A stretch of DNA of 55,662 nucleotides from Limisphaerales bacterium (GCA_047618185.1 JBLHKZ010000002.1:1-55662), one strand, 5' to 3'. Counted from the stretch's first letter, positions 35,464 through 44,866 are shown. Made by a program: numbers and translations. The notes: generated by a model not told the origin, from the letters alone.

Positions 35464-37111
35464 GCCGCTTGCGCGGGCCGTTCAACAGCCTCCCAATCCA
35501 AGTGTAACGGACGAGGAATTGATAGATGATCAAGAGGACGCCAGTCACCCCGAAGCAAATGACCGCGAACTTCAAAACCGTCGGCGCCTGCCAGTCGCGC
35601 ACGGCAATTTGCGCCAGAATCACCAACGGCAGATGCGCCACATAAAGCCAGTAGGAGGAATCGGAGATGTAACGCATCGCCCGGCTTTCCCGTGACAGCA
35701 ACCGCCGGAAAAGGCCCATGAAGGCAAAGGACATCATCCACGCGTAGCTGACCTTGAACACGGACGCGATCAAGTGACGCGCCCCATCATCGCCAATGCG
35801 AGCGCGGACTTCCGGACCTCCATCCGTCAGGGCAAGTCCGATGGGAAAAAGGATCAGCAAGGCCAGGGGCAACGTCACCGCCCACCATTTGCCGACGCGT
35901 CCTTTTTCATCGTCGCTAACAAAGTACAGCGCGCCAAAGCCGAAGAATATCGCGTAATAGAAAAGGACATGCGGCAGGGGCAGGAGCCCGGCGGAGGTGT
36001 CAGGGCCGAATACCGGCGCCAGCCAGCCCATGAAGAACTGCGGGATCAACGTCAGGGGAATCAGCCACAGGAATCGGATCGGCGAAAGCACGAGCCATTT
36101 CGGCGGCGACCTCCATCCGAGTTTGTCCGCCAGCGCGGCGCAGAGAGCAAATGCCGGAACCAGCCAACAGAGGAACCACAGAAACCAGAGATAATGAAAC
36201 ACTGGCGTGATGAACCATCCCGCAAGCTTGGCCTGAAACCCAGCGTCCTGGCTCGCGCCCGAAGATGTCATGTCTATCGTCGCATCATGCTCGACCAGCA
36301 ATTGGGCGACTTCGGCGCGACCGGCTTCAACTTCTTCCCGGCTCAGCTCCAACTGAATCAGCGAGGCGATGAATTCCGTGAGTTTCCAATCGATCGCCAG
36401 GAGATCCTGCGGCCGCTGGTTCTTGGCGTCGCGCACCTCGGGATCCGCGCCGCTCTCCAACAAAAGCCGGGCTGGTCCCGGCCGACCAAGGAATGCGGCA
36501 GCGTGAAGAGGCGCGCCGCCGTCTTTATTCCTGGCGTCGGCGACGGCGCCTTTCTCCAACAACAACGCCACCGTCGCCGTTCGATCGTAGAGCGCCGCGA
36601 GGGTCAAAGCCGTAGGGCCAGTCTCAGCTCCCGGTTGCTGGCCGTTGATGTCGACACCGTCGACCAACTCCCGCTCGATGACATCGTGATCGCCTACGAC
36701 AGCGGCGGCCCAAATATCCGCTGGCGGCCCCGAGCCGGATCCAGACGGCCTGGAAAAGGCTTTGCCAATGCTCCAGTTCAAGGCCGGCACAATCGTGACA
36801 AGGCCGATCATGCAGGGAATGAAAACGCGTTTGAATCGATGCTTCAGCAGAGCGCCCAACCCGCGCTTGCGCCACAGCATCGCCGTGAAGAATCCGCTGA
36901 TCAGAAAAAACAGCGGCATGCGAAATCCGTGAATCGCCGAGAAGAACAGCGAAAACGTGTCATTGTGAAGGCTGTCCTGCACGGGCCAGAAACCGGGGAT
37001 GAATGACAGCGCCGCATGCAGGCCGATGCCCAGGAGCATCGCAACGGCGCGCAACGCGTCGAGGTCATGTCGGCGCGACGCCGCAGTCGGAGGAACAGGG
37101 GAGTCGCTCAT
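35441..37111 (-). CDS. acyltransferase family 3 membrane protein with inserted ankyrin-repeat module
   Basis: DALRAVAMLLGIGLHAALSF and about 10 TM segments. Ankyrin repeats read as TALTLAALYDRTATVALLLEKGAVADARNKDGGAPLHAAAFLGRPGPARLLLESGADPEVRD, located between TM blocks. Confidence 0.85.
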   Translation of the reverse strand: MSDSPVPPTAASRRHDLDALRAVAMLLGIGLHAALSFIPGFWPVQDSLHNDTFSLFFSAIHGFRMPLFFLISGFFTAMLWRKRGLGALLKHRFKRVFIPCMIGLVTIVPALNWSIGKAFSRPSGSGSGPPADIWAAAVVGDHDVIERELVDGVDINGQQPGAETGPTALTLAALYDRTATVALLLEKGAVADARNKDGGAPLHAAAFLGRPGPARLLLESGADPEVRDAKNQRPQDLLAIDWKLTEFIASLIQLELSREEVEAGRAEVAQLLVEHDATIDMTSSGASQDAGFQAKLAGWFITPVFHYLWFLWFLCWLVPAFALCAALADKLGWRSPPKWLVLSPIRFLWLIPLTLIPQFFMGWLAPVFGPDTSAGLLPLPHVLFYYAIFFGFGALYFVSDDEKGRVGKWWAVTLPLALLILFPIGLALTDGGPEVRARIGDDGARHLIASVFKVSYAWMMSFAFMGLFRRLLSRESRAMRYISDSSYWLYVAHLPLVILAQIAVRDWQAPTVLKFAVICFGVTGVLLIIYQFLVRYTWIGRLLNGPRKRHGAIHSG

Positions 37112-37156
37112 GAAACAGGTTTCAAGCTACACGAAGGCTTCAAGCAGGCGGATCGG

Positions 37157-37717
37157 TCACAGAGCCTTTGCGCTCTTGCCTCCGTTCTTCTTCAGGATCT
37201 CGGCAATTTCGGGACGAGTGACTTCGATCCGCTTCAGGTCTATCGGCGTTTGCAGAATTTCGCCGATGAAAGTGTAGACTCCGCCCAGTTCAGCGCTCCA
37301 GGGACTGCTGGTGGCATCGAGGATTGTATTTCCACCCTTGTCCGTCGCGTTGACATTGCCCCCCTTTTTGATGAGCAGCTTGAGCGTCTCCGGATGACAA
37401 AAGAACGCCGCGTTAAAAAGCGCCGTCGCCTGCTCGGTGTTCTTCGTTTCCAGTTTCGCGCCCGCCTCGATCAAGACACGGACAGCCTCGGTTTGGCCGG
37501 CAAACGCCGCCGCATGCAGGAGCGTGCTTCCGCCCGCAGGCTCCTTCTCATTAATGTCAACTCCGCCATCGATGCCTTGCTTCAGCGTGTCGAGGTCGCC
37601 AGTCGCAGCCGCCGTCCAAACCGCGGTCGGATCAACGGCTGCAGATGAAGGTTTGTCACCGCAACCGAGCAACAGGAACAGAGCGGCGGCAAGGATGGCG
37701 GGCGCAAATCGTTTCAT
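37157..37717 (-). CDS. ankyrin-repeat lipoprotein
   Basis: ATG at 37717 gives MKRFAPAILAAALFLLLGC (lipobox). STLLHAAAFAGQTEAVRVLIEAGAKLETKN... In-frame upstream ATGs exist because of a 33-bp duplication. Confidence 0.8.
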   Translation of the reverse strand: MKRFAPAILAAALFLLLGCGDKPSSAAVDPTAVWTAAATGDLDTLKQGIDGGVDINEKEPAGGSTLLHAAAFAGQTEAVRVLIEAGAKLETKNTEQATALFNAAFFCHPETLKLLIKKGGNVNATDKGGNTILDATSSPWSAELGGVYTFIGEILQTPIDLKRIEVTRPEIAEILKKNGGKSAKAL

Positions 37718-37777
37718 AGGGGACGTTGGATGCATGAGTGTTTGTTTCATGGGGGACGTTGGATGCATGAGTGTTTC
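37712..37777. repeat. 2 x 33-bp tandem duplication spanning the start codon region
   Basis: TTTCATAGGGGACGTTGGATGCATGAGTGTTTG / TTTCATGGGGGACGTTGGATGCATGAGTGTTTC, with 2 mismatches. 33 bp is 11 codons, so the duplication is in frame. Confidence 0.8.
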
Positions 37778-38065
37778 TTTGCGATTCGGATGGCGATTAC
37801 AATGTGAACTAAATACTCGCGCGGGATAGACGCGGAGAACGGCGCCGTATCCGGCAGCAATGAGTTGTGCTCCAGTGCGGCGCTTCTACTGACTCCAAAC
37901 CGAGCGATAAGTGTTACATCGAATTGTGCACGCGTCAGCCAAACTTTCAACGTGTGCCGCAAAGGAAAGCCCTAAAACGTATTTTAACGGTTGTCGCGCC
38001 TCGGGTCAGCGGCAACGATGACGCGATGTTTCCGATCAGGTTGAAACGATAGCCCGCGCCGAATC

Positions 38066-40738
38066 GTGAAAGGAAAGTTTTCCTATGTCCTGGCGGCGCT
38101 GATCGCGGGAGTTTTGATATTCTCTGCGCTCAGGCTCGTGGCTCAGCCTGCTTCGCCGCAACTGATCTTCTCCTGCGCAGCCGACAACGATCTTTATCAG
38201 GCGATCTCCGCCCGAGGCGCAAGCTATCCGCGCCACACCAGTTCGACGCGCGCCGTGCAAGCCGCGCCGAACGGCGCCGGCGTCCTCATCCTGGCTGACG
38301 GCTATCCGAAAACGACGACAGCCATCACCCCGGCGACTCTAATTCGGGCCGCTGAAAAGAAGCTGCGCCTGTACATCGAGTATCCCTCGGGAGCGGTCTT
38401 TCCCGACCTGAAGATCGGTGAGCCTCGCCAGCCCCACTGGGAACGCACCGTCGTCGCTTCCCACGCATTCGGCGACGAGCTCCAGAAGCTGCGCATCCTG
38501 AAAATCAACGACTGCCATTTTCTCCCAGTCGAGCGGCAAGCCTCACCCGTTCATCTGGTGTCCGCGCGGGTCGCGGGTTACGACACGGCGGTTTACGGAT
38601 TGCCGGAGGAAACCTGGCCTTTGCTCTTCGAGCACGAACACGGCGACATTCTGATCGCCACGACAAAGCTCAGCCAATTTGTGTCCGGCCGCTACGCTCC
38701 AAGCCAGGCATGGGAGCCCGTTTGGAAGACGATTCTCACCTGGGTGTCCCGCGGAAGGCAAACGCCCGTCATACAGTGGACACCGACGGTTCGGCCTTCC
38801 TTCGCACGCGATGAAACGCTTCCGCCCGAATCAGAACGCCAAGCTCTTCGCCGCGGACTGGCATGGTTCGATGGTTTTCTCGTCGGCGAATCCTGGAAAG
38901 ACGAATTGGCAAAACCGGCCAAAACCGGCTACGGCCCCGCCGACCCAAAACGAAGATTCAACCTCCCCATCGGCGACGGCCGCCACGGAATTCTCGAAGG
39001 CCACATCTCTAAAATATTTACAGACGGAAGCCAACCCACACGCTGGCTGCTGCGCGGCGACTGCAACGCCGAATCCGCCATGGCCTACGCCCTCGGCGGT
39101 TCGCTCGACGACGATCCGCGCCAACGGAAAATCGCCGCGAATCTCATGGATTTCGTCTACTCGACATCCGGTCTCTACCGCGACAATCCGGAGAGTCCGA
39201 CCTACGGACTGTTGGGCTGGTTTGCCTATGGCTCGGGTCCCGACGCCTTCTGGGGCAACGATGGATCCAAGGCGATCGTCGGCAGCCTGACCGCCGTGGC
39301 CGCGCTGGGCGACGACCGCTGGAACGAGAAACTTCTGACCAGCATTCTCGCCAATTTCCGCACCACGGGACCCTTCGGTTTTCGCGACGGAATGCCGCTT
39401 AACGCGAAGCGGCTCGAGGCGCGCGGCTGGGAATACTACGCCCAACGCCGAACCATCGCCGCCTGGCCCCAGCGCGAGGCCTGGGCCTGGGCGTGCTATT
39501 TGTGGCTCTACGACAAAACCAAATACGAACCGCTGCTCGTGCAGGCCCGCAAAGCCATTCGCATGACAATGGAGCGGTATCCCAATGGCTGGGGCTACGC
39601 GCTGAATGAAATGCAAATGGAGCGCGGCCGGATGCTCCTGCCGCTCGCCTGGCTAGTGCGCGCAGACGACACCCCGCAACACCGTGCATGGCTCGGCCAG
39701 ATCATCGACGACATGCTCGCCCGCCAGGACGCCTCCGGCGCCATTCGCGAGCAACTCCGAAACAAGTCCCATCATTCAAATGAGGACTACGGCGCCAGCG
39801 AGGTCTCGATTCTCCACGAAGACGGCGATCCCTGCGCGGATGTGTTTTATTCCGTTCCGCCCGCGTTCGTCGGACTCGTCGAGGCCGCCGCCGCGACCGG
39901 CAATCCTCGATACGCGCAAGCCGCGGATCGAGTCGCCGAATTTCTCGTCCGGGCCCAGGTTCGATCGGAAGCCCATCCCGATCTCGATGGCGGCTGGTTT
40001 CGCGCCTTCGACCTCAAACGCTGGGACTACTGGGGCGGCAATGGCGACAGCGGCTGGGGCGCCTGGTCCAGCGAAACCGGCTGGGTGCAATCTCACATCG
40101 TCGCAGCCATGGCGATGCGCGAACGAAAAACCTCGCTCTGGGAATTCACCGCCAACAGCAACATCGCCGCGCATTTCGATCGCTATCGCGAATCCATGGA
40201 AATCGACAAGGCCGTCGTGCTCATGAACCAGGCCGAGCCGAAACGTGTGGCCCATCTGGCCGCCGGCAAGCCAGTCACCGCCAACGTCGCGCCCGATCCA
40301 CGCCATCCGGGCGCGGGCGTCGCCGGCCTGACCGATGGCGAACTCGGCGAACCGCACGATCTGCGCCTCGGCTGGATGGGCTTCCGCGGAGCCGACGTCA
40401 CCGCGACCATCGATCTGGGCAAGGCCGTTTCAATCGAAGCCGTAAACGTCAACTTTCTTCAATCGGTTCCCGACGGAATGACGCAACCGCGCCGAGTCGA
40501 ACTGGCAATTTCCGATGACGGAAAGGAATTCCGAATCGTGGCGAGCAACGAAATCAAAACACCGATCGAGCGAAACTCCCCAGGCTTGACGGTCAAACCG
40601 CAGATTCTGAAACCAGGGACAAAGACCACTGCGCGCTACATCAGATTCACCGCGAAGTCTCCTGGAAAACTTCCCACATGGCACCCCGCCGCCGGCAATC
40701 CAACCTGGCTCTTCATCGACGAAATCGTGGTGCGCTAG
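38066..40738 (+). CDS. large secreted protein with C-terminal F5/8 type C (discoidin) domain; N-terminal ~700 aa unassigned
   Basis: GTG start. Signal/anchor FSYVLAALIAGVLIFSALRLVA. C-terminal GLTDGELGEP...GWMGFRGADVTATIDLGKAVSIEAVNVNF...ISDDGKEFRIV...ARYIRFTAKS. Confidence 0.8.
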   Translation: MKGKFSYVLAALIAGVLIFSALRLVAQPASPQLIFSCAADNDLYQAISARGASYPRHTSSTRAVQAAPNGAGVLILADGYPKTTTAITPATLIRAAEKKLRLYIEYPSGAVFPDLKIGEPRQPHWERTVVASHAFGDELQKLRILKINDCHFLPVERQASPVHLVSARVAGYDTAVYGLPEETWPLLFEHEHGDILIATTKLSQFVSGRYAPSQAWEPVWKTILTWVSRGRQTPVIQWTPTVRPSFARDETLPPESERQALRRGLAWFDGFLVGESWKDELAKPAKTGYGPADPKRRFNLPIGDGRHGILEGHISKIFTDGSQPTRWLLRGDCNAESAMAYALGGSLDDDPRQRKIAANLMDFVYSTSGLYRDNPESPTYGLLGWFAYGSGPDAFWGNDGSKAIVGSLTAVAALGDDRWNEKLLTSILANFRTTGPFGFRDGMPLNAKRLEARGWEYYAQRRTIAAWPQREAWAWACYLWLYDKTKYEPLLVQARKAIRMTMERYPNGWGYALNEMQMERGRMLLPLAWLVRADDTPQHRAWLGQIIDDMLARQDASGAIREQLRNKSHHSNEDYGASEVSILHEDGDPCADVFYSVPPAFVGLVEAAAATGNPRYAQAADRVAEFLVRAQVRSEAHPDLDGGWFRAFDLKRWDYWGGNGDSGWGAWSSETGWVQSHIVAAMAMRERKTSLWEFTANSNIAAHFDRYRESMEIDKAVVLMNQAEPKRVAHLAAGKPVTANVAPDPRHPGAGVAGLTDGELGEPHDLRLGWMGFRGADVTATIDLGKAVSIEAVNVNFLQSVPDGMTQPRRVELAISDDGKEFRIVASNEIKTPIERNSPGLTVKPQILKPGTKTTARYIRFTAKSPGKLPTWHPAAGNPTWLFIDEIVVR

Positions 40739-40856
40739 GCGATTCTTTTCAACGGCATCTCGTTTCCTGATTTCCGATAGACAATCATCAAGACGGACCA
40801 CCTCCAACTCCGCCGAGAAGCTGTGAGTTACCCATAAGTTTCACCATTGACCGCTA

Positions 40857-40954
40857 CCGGCAAGCCGGAGGCTTTTCAGCCATTAGCCGGGGGTTGAGTG
40901 CAGCGACACCCCGGTTGCACACACAAACGATGGCATCCCGAAGGGATGCCAGCC
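40857..40954 (-). repeat. ~100-bp repeat (family R2), inverted relative to 49379-49485
   Basis: The reverse complement GGCTGGCATCCCTTCGGGATGCCATCGTTTGTGTGTGCAACCGGGGTGTCGCTGCACTCAACCCCCGGCTAATGGCTGAAAAGCCTCCGGCTTGCCGG aligns with the copy at 49379, with a few indels. Confidence 0.7.
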
Positions 40955-41159
40955 CGTCATTCGCTTCCGAGCCGGTTCTGGCAACGATGGCCCGTCGATC
41001 TGTAAGAGATATTTCAACGTCCTTGATCAGGTGTCCTCCCTGCCCGACACGCGATTGATGGTTGAAGGCGTTTAACGCGCCGCGCAGGATCACGACGACT
41101 GCTGAAAATTCAGACGCGCGCACGCGCCAGATCGTGGGCGCGCGAAGGTCGCTCCTACG

Positions 41160-42059
41160 ATGCCAAACAAAAACACAATCCTGCTCGCCGCGCTGGCGTC
41201 GATTGTCTGCCTGACGCCGATCCCGTCGTTCGCGCAAAAAATCGCCCCGGGCCGACAAGAGCTTCGCCCACTGGTTTTCGTCATCACGGGTGAAAGCAAT
41301 TCCGGCGGCATCGGCAAGAACGCCGACGCGTCTCCAAAAGAACGGACGCCTCGGCCGGAGGTGCAGATCATGAATCTGACGGACGGGCAATTTGACTTTG
41401 AAGACCTACAGCTCGGCGTCAACAACCTGCGCGATCACCACCGCCTCGAGAATTACTACGCCACGCATCACGGCCTCGAAAACGGTTTGGCCAACGCTAT
41501 CGCCGCCAACGCATTCCCCGATCACAAACAGGTCCATCTGATCAAGACCGGCCAGGGCGGCTCCCGGATTTCACAATGGGCGGAATCCCATTCGTCCGGG
41601 TTTTGGAAAAAATTCGTCCAACGCACCGACGCCGCCAAACGACAGCTTCTGGATAAACCCCAATGGGTGGTCTGGCTGAGTCTGGGCATCAACGACGCCA
41701 TCGATCGCGCGCCCATCGACCGCTGGAAGCTCGACGTCCGCGCTCATGTGAAGCGGATCAGAAGCCAGCTCCCCGGCGCAGTCATCGTGATGACCCAATT
41801 TCAATCCATGGGTTATCCCGAGACCAACGCCGCGATCGCGGAAATCGCGAAGGACGATCCAAACGTCGTGGCGGTCGATTCGACCGGAGCTTCCTTGCGA
41901 GACAAGAACCACTGGGACTACGCCGGTTTAAAGACAGTCGCGGCGCGAATGGTCGAAGCCACTCAACGCCAAATCGAGACGTCGTCACCAACGCCTCAAA
42001 GCTCCACGCGCCAAGTGACGCCGCCGAAGACGGCGATTCGCGGCGACGGCTCGAAGTAA
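41160..42059 (+). CDS. SGNH-type esterase (sialate O-acetylesterase / DUF303-like)
   Basis: Signal MPNKNTILLAALASIVCLTPIPSFA. Block I VFVITGESNSGG. GQGGSRI. Block III SLGINDA. Low-complexity tail. The 3' end overlaps the convergent TonB receptor by 64 bp. Confidence 0.75.
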   Translation: MPNKNTILLAALASIVCLTPIPSFAQKIAPGRQELRPLVFVITGESNSGGIGKNADASPKERTPRPEVQIMNLTDGQFDFEDLQLGVNNLRDHHRLENYYATHHGLENGLANAIAANAFPDHKQVHLIKTGQGGSRISQWAESHSSGFWKKFVQRTDAAKRQLLDKPQWVVWLSLGINDAIDRAPIDRWKLDVRAHVKRIRSQLPGAVIVMTQFQSMGYPETNAAIAEIAKDDPNVVAVDSTGASLRDKNHWDYAGLKTVAARMVEATQRQIETSSPTPQSSTRQVTPPKTAIRGDGSK

Positions 42060-44146
42060 CGCCCGCCAAAGGCGTTGAGCCGGGTCTGGCCGTTAAATCT
42101 TTGATTCAGCAGATTATTCACGCCTACGAAGGGCGTGAACTCGCTTCGACCGATCTTCGCCGCGTAGCCCAGCCGCGCATTCATCAGCGCATAGGCTTCG
42201 TTTTTAGCAGTGTTTGCGTCATTCAATTCGAACTGATCGACAAATTGAAAATCTAGGCTGCCGAAGAGCCCGGCGTCGCGTCGCCATGACAATTCAGTGA
42301 AGAGCTGATGCGCGGGAATGCCGGGCTCGCGATTGCCGCTAAAGGCGCCGCCGGCCGTGACGTAGTCGCGATAGTGGGCGTCCATCGCCGTGTAAGAGGC
42401 ATACCAGTCGAGACCCGGCGCCAGATTCAGATCCACGGCCAGCTCAATCCCTTTTCGTTCCGAACGCCCCGCATTGCGAAAAAAGTCCCGCCCCGTGGCG
42501 CTGGTGAACGGGATCAGTTCGTCATCTATCTCAATGAGGAACAAGGCCAGCTCGACCTTCAATCGGCGACTCAACCGGCTGCGCGCGCCGATCTCGTAGT
42601 TCAACGCCGTCTGCGGATTCAGCGCGGGATTGAATCCGCCGCCGCCCGTCGGGTTCGCCAGTTCGGTCGTCGTGGGCGTTTGAAAGGAAGTCGAAATGCT
42701 CGCGTAGAATTGCAGGTTGGTTCGCGCTTCCAGGACCAGGCCGCCGGCATAGCTCAGTTGATCCAATGTCCGCGCTCCCGAATCATTGCCATCGCCGAGA
42801 AAGCGATCGGCCGCCTCGAATCGCAGGTTGTCATAGCGCGCGCCAGCGATCACCGCCAGTCGCTCGATCGGACGAAACTCGTTTCGGATGAACGGCCCCA
42901 CGCTGCGCACGGTCTCCAACTGATCGAAGCCCAGGGCGCCGCGTGCGCCCGCGATATTCGCATAGCGTTGACGGTCGTCCTCCTGATATTCCGCGTCGAC
43001 GCCGGCCACCAGTTGATTCGAGCGACCATCCCATTCCAGATCGCCGACATACTTGATTCCCCCGCCGAGACCAACACGATCGAACACCACAATGCCATCG
43101 CCCGCAGCCGGCAGGATGGGCAGCTTGTTCGAGAAATCTCGGACGAGCGAATACTGGGTCAGAGTTATTTCGTGCCCGGCGGACAGTTCGTTTCGATAGA
43201 TCAATCCAAGTTTGCCCTGGCTAATTTTCTCCCCGGCATCCAGCGCTACGTTTCGCGCGCGCGCTTGACGGCGATCCATGTCCACCTCGGCACGCGTCAG
43301 ACCGCCCGCGTCTTGAGCCCAGGGCGAGTGCGCGTAATTGAACACGGCGGTGAGGTCCGAAGTCTCGTTGATCGCGTAGCGCAGTTTGCCGCCAAGGTGG
43401 CGATTCTCAGAGCTGTTGTGCCGACGATAGCCATCCACCGAGGTCCAGCTTCCGTTCAGATGGTAATCGAGCGCCTTCACGCCTCCGCCTGTCCTCAGCT
43501 GGTATCGTTGCAGCCCGTACGATCCACCGAGGAAACGAGTTTCCGCGAAAGGATCTCCCCCGCCCTCCTCCGTCAATATATTGATGACGCCCCCCGACGC
43601 GTTGCCATAAAGCGCCGAGGCCGGCCCGCGTAACACTTCGATGCGCCGTGCGGATCCCAGATCGAGATTGTCCAGTTGCGTCTGGCCGTCAGGCGAGCTT
43701 TCGGGAATCCCGTCGACCAACACCTTGATCTCCCTCACGCCAAACGCCGCTCGCGTCCCAAAACCGCGAATGGCAATGCGTTGGTCCTGCGCGAAGTTAA
43801 AACTGTTTTGAACAAAGACTCCGGGGACGCGGCGAAGGGGCTCGTCAATGGTCAACGTCGGCTCCAGGCGCCGAATCCGTTCCCAATCAATCGTCGTCAG
43901 CGCGCCTGGGGCGCCGCTCGCTGAGGGAGCCCGCGCCGCCGTCACGACTATCTCGTCGAGCGTCACGACATGTTGGATCACAGCATTCGTGTTGCCGTGC
44001 TGGTCCGCGCACAGGCCGACGTGTGTCAGCAGGCACGATGCGAGCGCCGCCATGGAAAGGATTGGGAATCTTTGAGATGCACCAGCCATGGTCGACTGAG
44101 GGTCGGTTCGCATTCCGGGCGCTGGTTCCTGGACTGTCTTTGCCAT
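41996..44146 (-). CDS. TonB-dependent receptor
   Basis: Plug region VVTAARAP...IDEPLRRVPGVFV...IAIRGFG...VLVDGIP...IEVLRGPASALYGNASGGVINI. A 22-strand-type barrel follows. The real start may be the internal ATG at 44089 (MAGASQRFPILSMAALASCLL). Confidence 0.9.
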   Translation of the reverse strand: MAKTVQEPAPGMRTDPQSTMAGASQRFPILSMAALASCLLTHVGLCADQHGNTNAVIQHVVTLDEIVVTAARAPSASGAPGALTTIDWERIRRLEPTLTIDEPLRRVPGVFVQNSFNFAQDQRIAIRGFGTRAAFGVREIKVLVDGIPESSPDGQTQLDNLDLGSARRIEVLRGPASALYGNASGGVINILTEEGGGDPFAETRFLGGSYGLQRYQLRTGGGVKALDYHLNGSWTSVDGYRRHNSSENRHLGGKLRYAINETSDLTAVFNYAHSPWAQDAGGLTRAEVDMDRRQARARNVALDAGEKISQGKLGLIYRNELSAGHEITLTQYSLVRDFSNKLPILPAAGDGIVVFDRVGLGGGIKYVGDLEWDGRSNQLVAGVDAEYQEDDRQRYANIAGARGALGFDQLETVRSVGPFIRNEFRPIERLAVIAGARYDNLRFEAADRFLGDGNDSGARTLDQLSYAGGLVLEARTNLQFYASISTSFQTPTTTELANPTGGGGFNPALNPQTALNYEIGARSRLSRRLKVELALFLIEIDDELIPFTSATGRDFFRNAGRSERKGIELAVDLNLAPGLDWYASYTAMDAHYRDYVTAGGAFSGNREPGIPAHQLFTELSWRRDAGLFGSLDFQFVDQFELNDANTAKNEAYALMNARLGYAAKIGRSEFTPFVGVNNLLNQRFNGQTRLNAFGGRYFEPSPRIAVFGGVTWRVEL

Positions 44147-44556
44147 CAGGTTGTCAGAAACGGATTCGATACGATCACGCCTCCATAGTCCTGTTCATGG
44201 CTCAGATCTTCGGAAACAACGCACTCGCATCCAAGCATCCGGGCAGCGGCGAGAATGGACGCGTCCCAGAAAGAAACCCGCCACTGGTCCCGGATGGTTA
44301 GCGCGGCTCGAAAGACGGCGAGATCGTTCGTCTGAAGAGGGAACGAAGCCAGGGTCTCAATCACCGCACATGCTTCGTCGTGAGTGAGAGGCTCCTTTCG
44401 GCGCGAGTGCGTCGATTGAACGTAGAATTCCTGAAACACCTGGATGGAAAATGCGAGGTCTCCCCCCGCGAGAATGTGGCGCGCCGTTTCCGGCCGACCG
44501 GAACCCTCATCCGCTCCAAAGGCGTAGAGCAGGATGTTGGTGTCAATGAACCTCAT
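44146..44556 (-). CDS. vapC: PIN-domain toxin VapC
   Basis: MRFIDTNILLYAF..., with acidic residues spaced as in PIN domains (D5, E in QEFY, D in WDASILAAA). 136 aa. Preceded by the antitoxin 20 bp upstream. Confidence 0.9.
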   Translation of the reverse strand: MRFIDTNILLYAFGADEGSGRPETARHILAGGDLAFSIQVFQEFYVQSTHSRRKEPLTHDEACAVIETLASFPLQTNDLAVFRAALTIRDQWRVSFWDASILAAARMLGCECVVSEDLSHEQDYGGVIVSNPFLTT

Positions 44557-44576
44557 GCAGATGACTCTGGAAAGAT

Positions 44577-44828
44577 TCAGCGGGCATGGACTTCGTCGCG
44601 TGAAAGGCGATTCGACGGATCGAAGCCGGGATGGCGTTTACGGATCTTTTCGATCGTCTCAAGGATCGCCGACGAATCTTTGCCGACTTCTGTGGCCCGG
44701 TTTCCCTCAGCCGTGAGTGTTGTCAGGAATTCCCGAACCAGAGCGGTCACCGAGCTGTCCGTTTCGGCCGCCGCCACGCGGGCCTTTCTATACAGATCGT
44801 CTTCCAATGACACGGTGATGTTCTTCAT
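44577..44828 (-). CDS. vapB: ribbon-helix-helix (CopG/VapB-type) antitoxin
   Basis: MKNITVSLEDDLYRKARVAAAETDSSVTALVREFL is a typical RHH N-terminus. 83 aa. Confidence 0.8.
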   Translation of the reverse strand: MKNITVSLEDDLYRKARVAAAETDSSVTALVREFLTTLTAEGNRATEVGKDSSAILETIEKIRKRHPGFDPSNRLSRDEVHAR

Positions 44829-44842
44829 CGCCTGGACCGTGA

Positions 44843-44866
44843 CACAGTTTCACAGTTTCACAAGTT
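44843..44866 (-). promoter_or_regulatory. three tandem 8-bp repeats 15 bp upstream of vapB (candidate operator)
   Basis: Plus strand reads CACAGTTT CACAGTTT CACAAGTT (minus strand AACTTGTG AAACTGTG AAACTGTG). RHH antitoxins usually bind such repeats to autoregulate. This is inference only. Confidence 0.4.
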
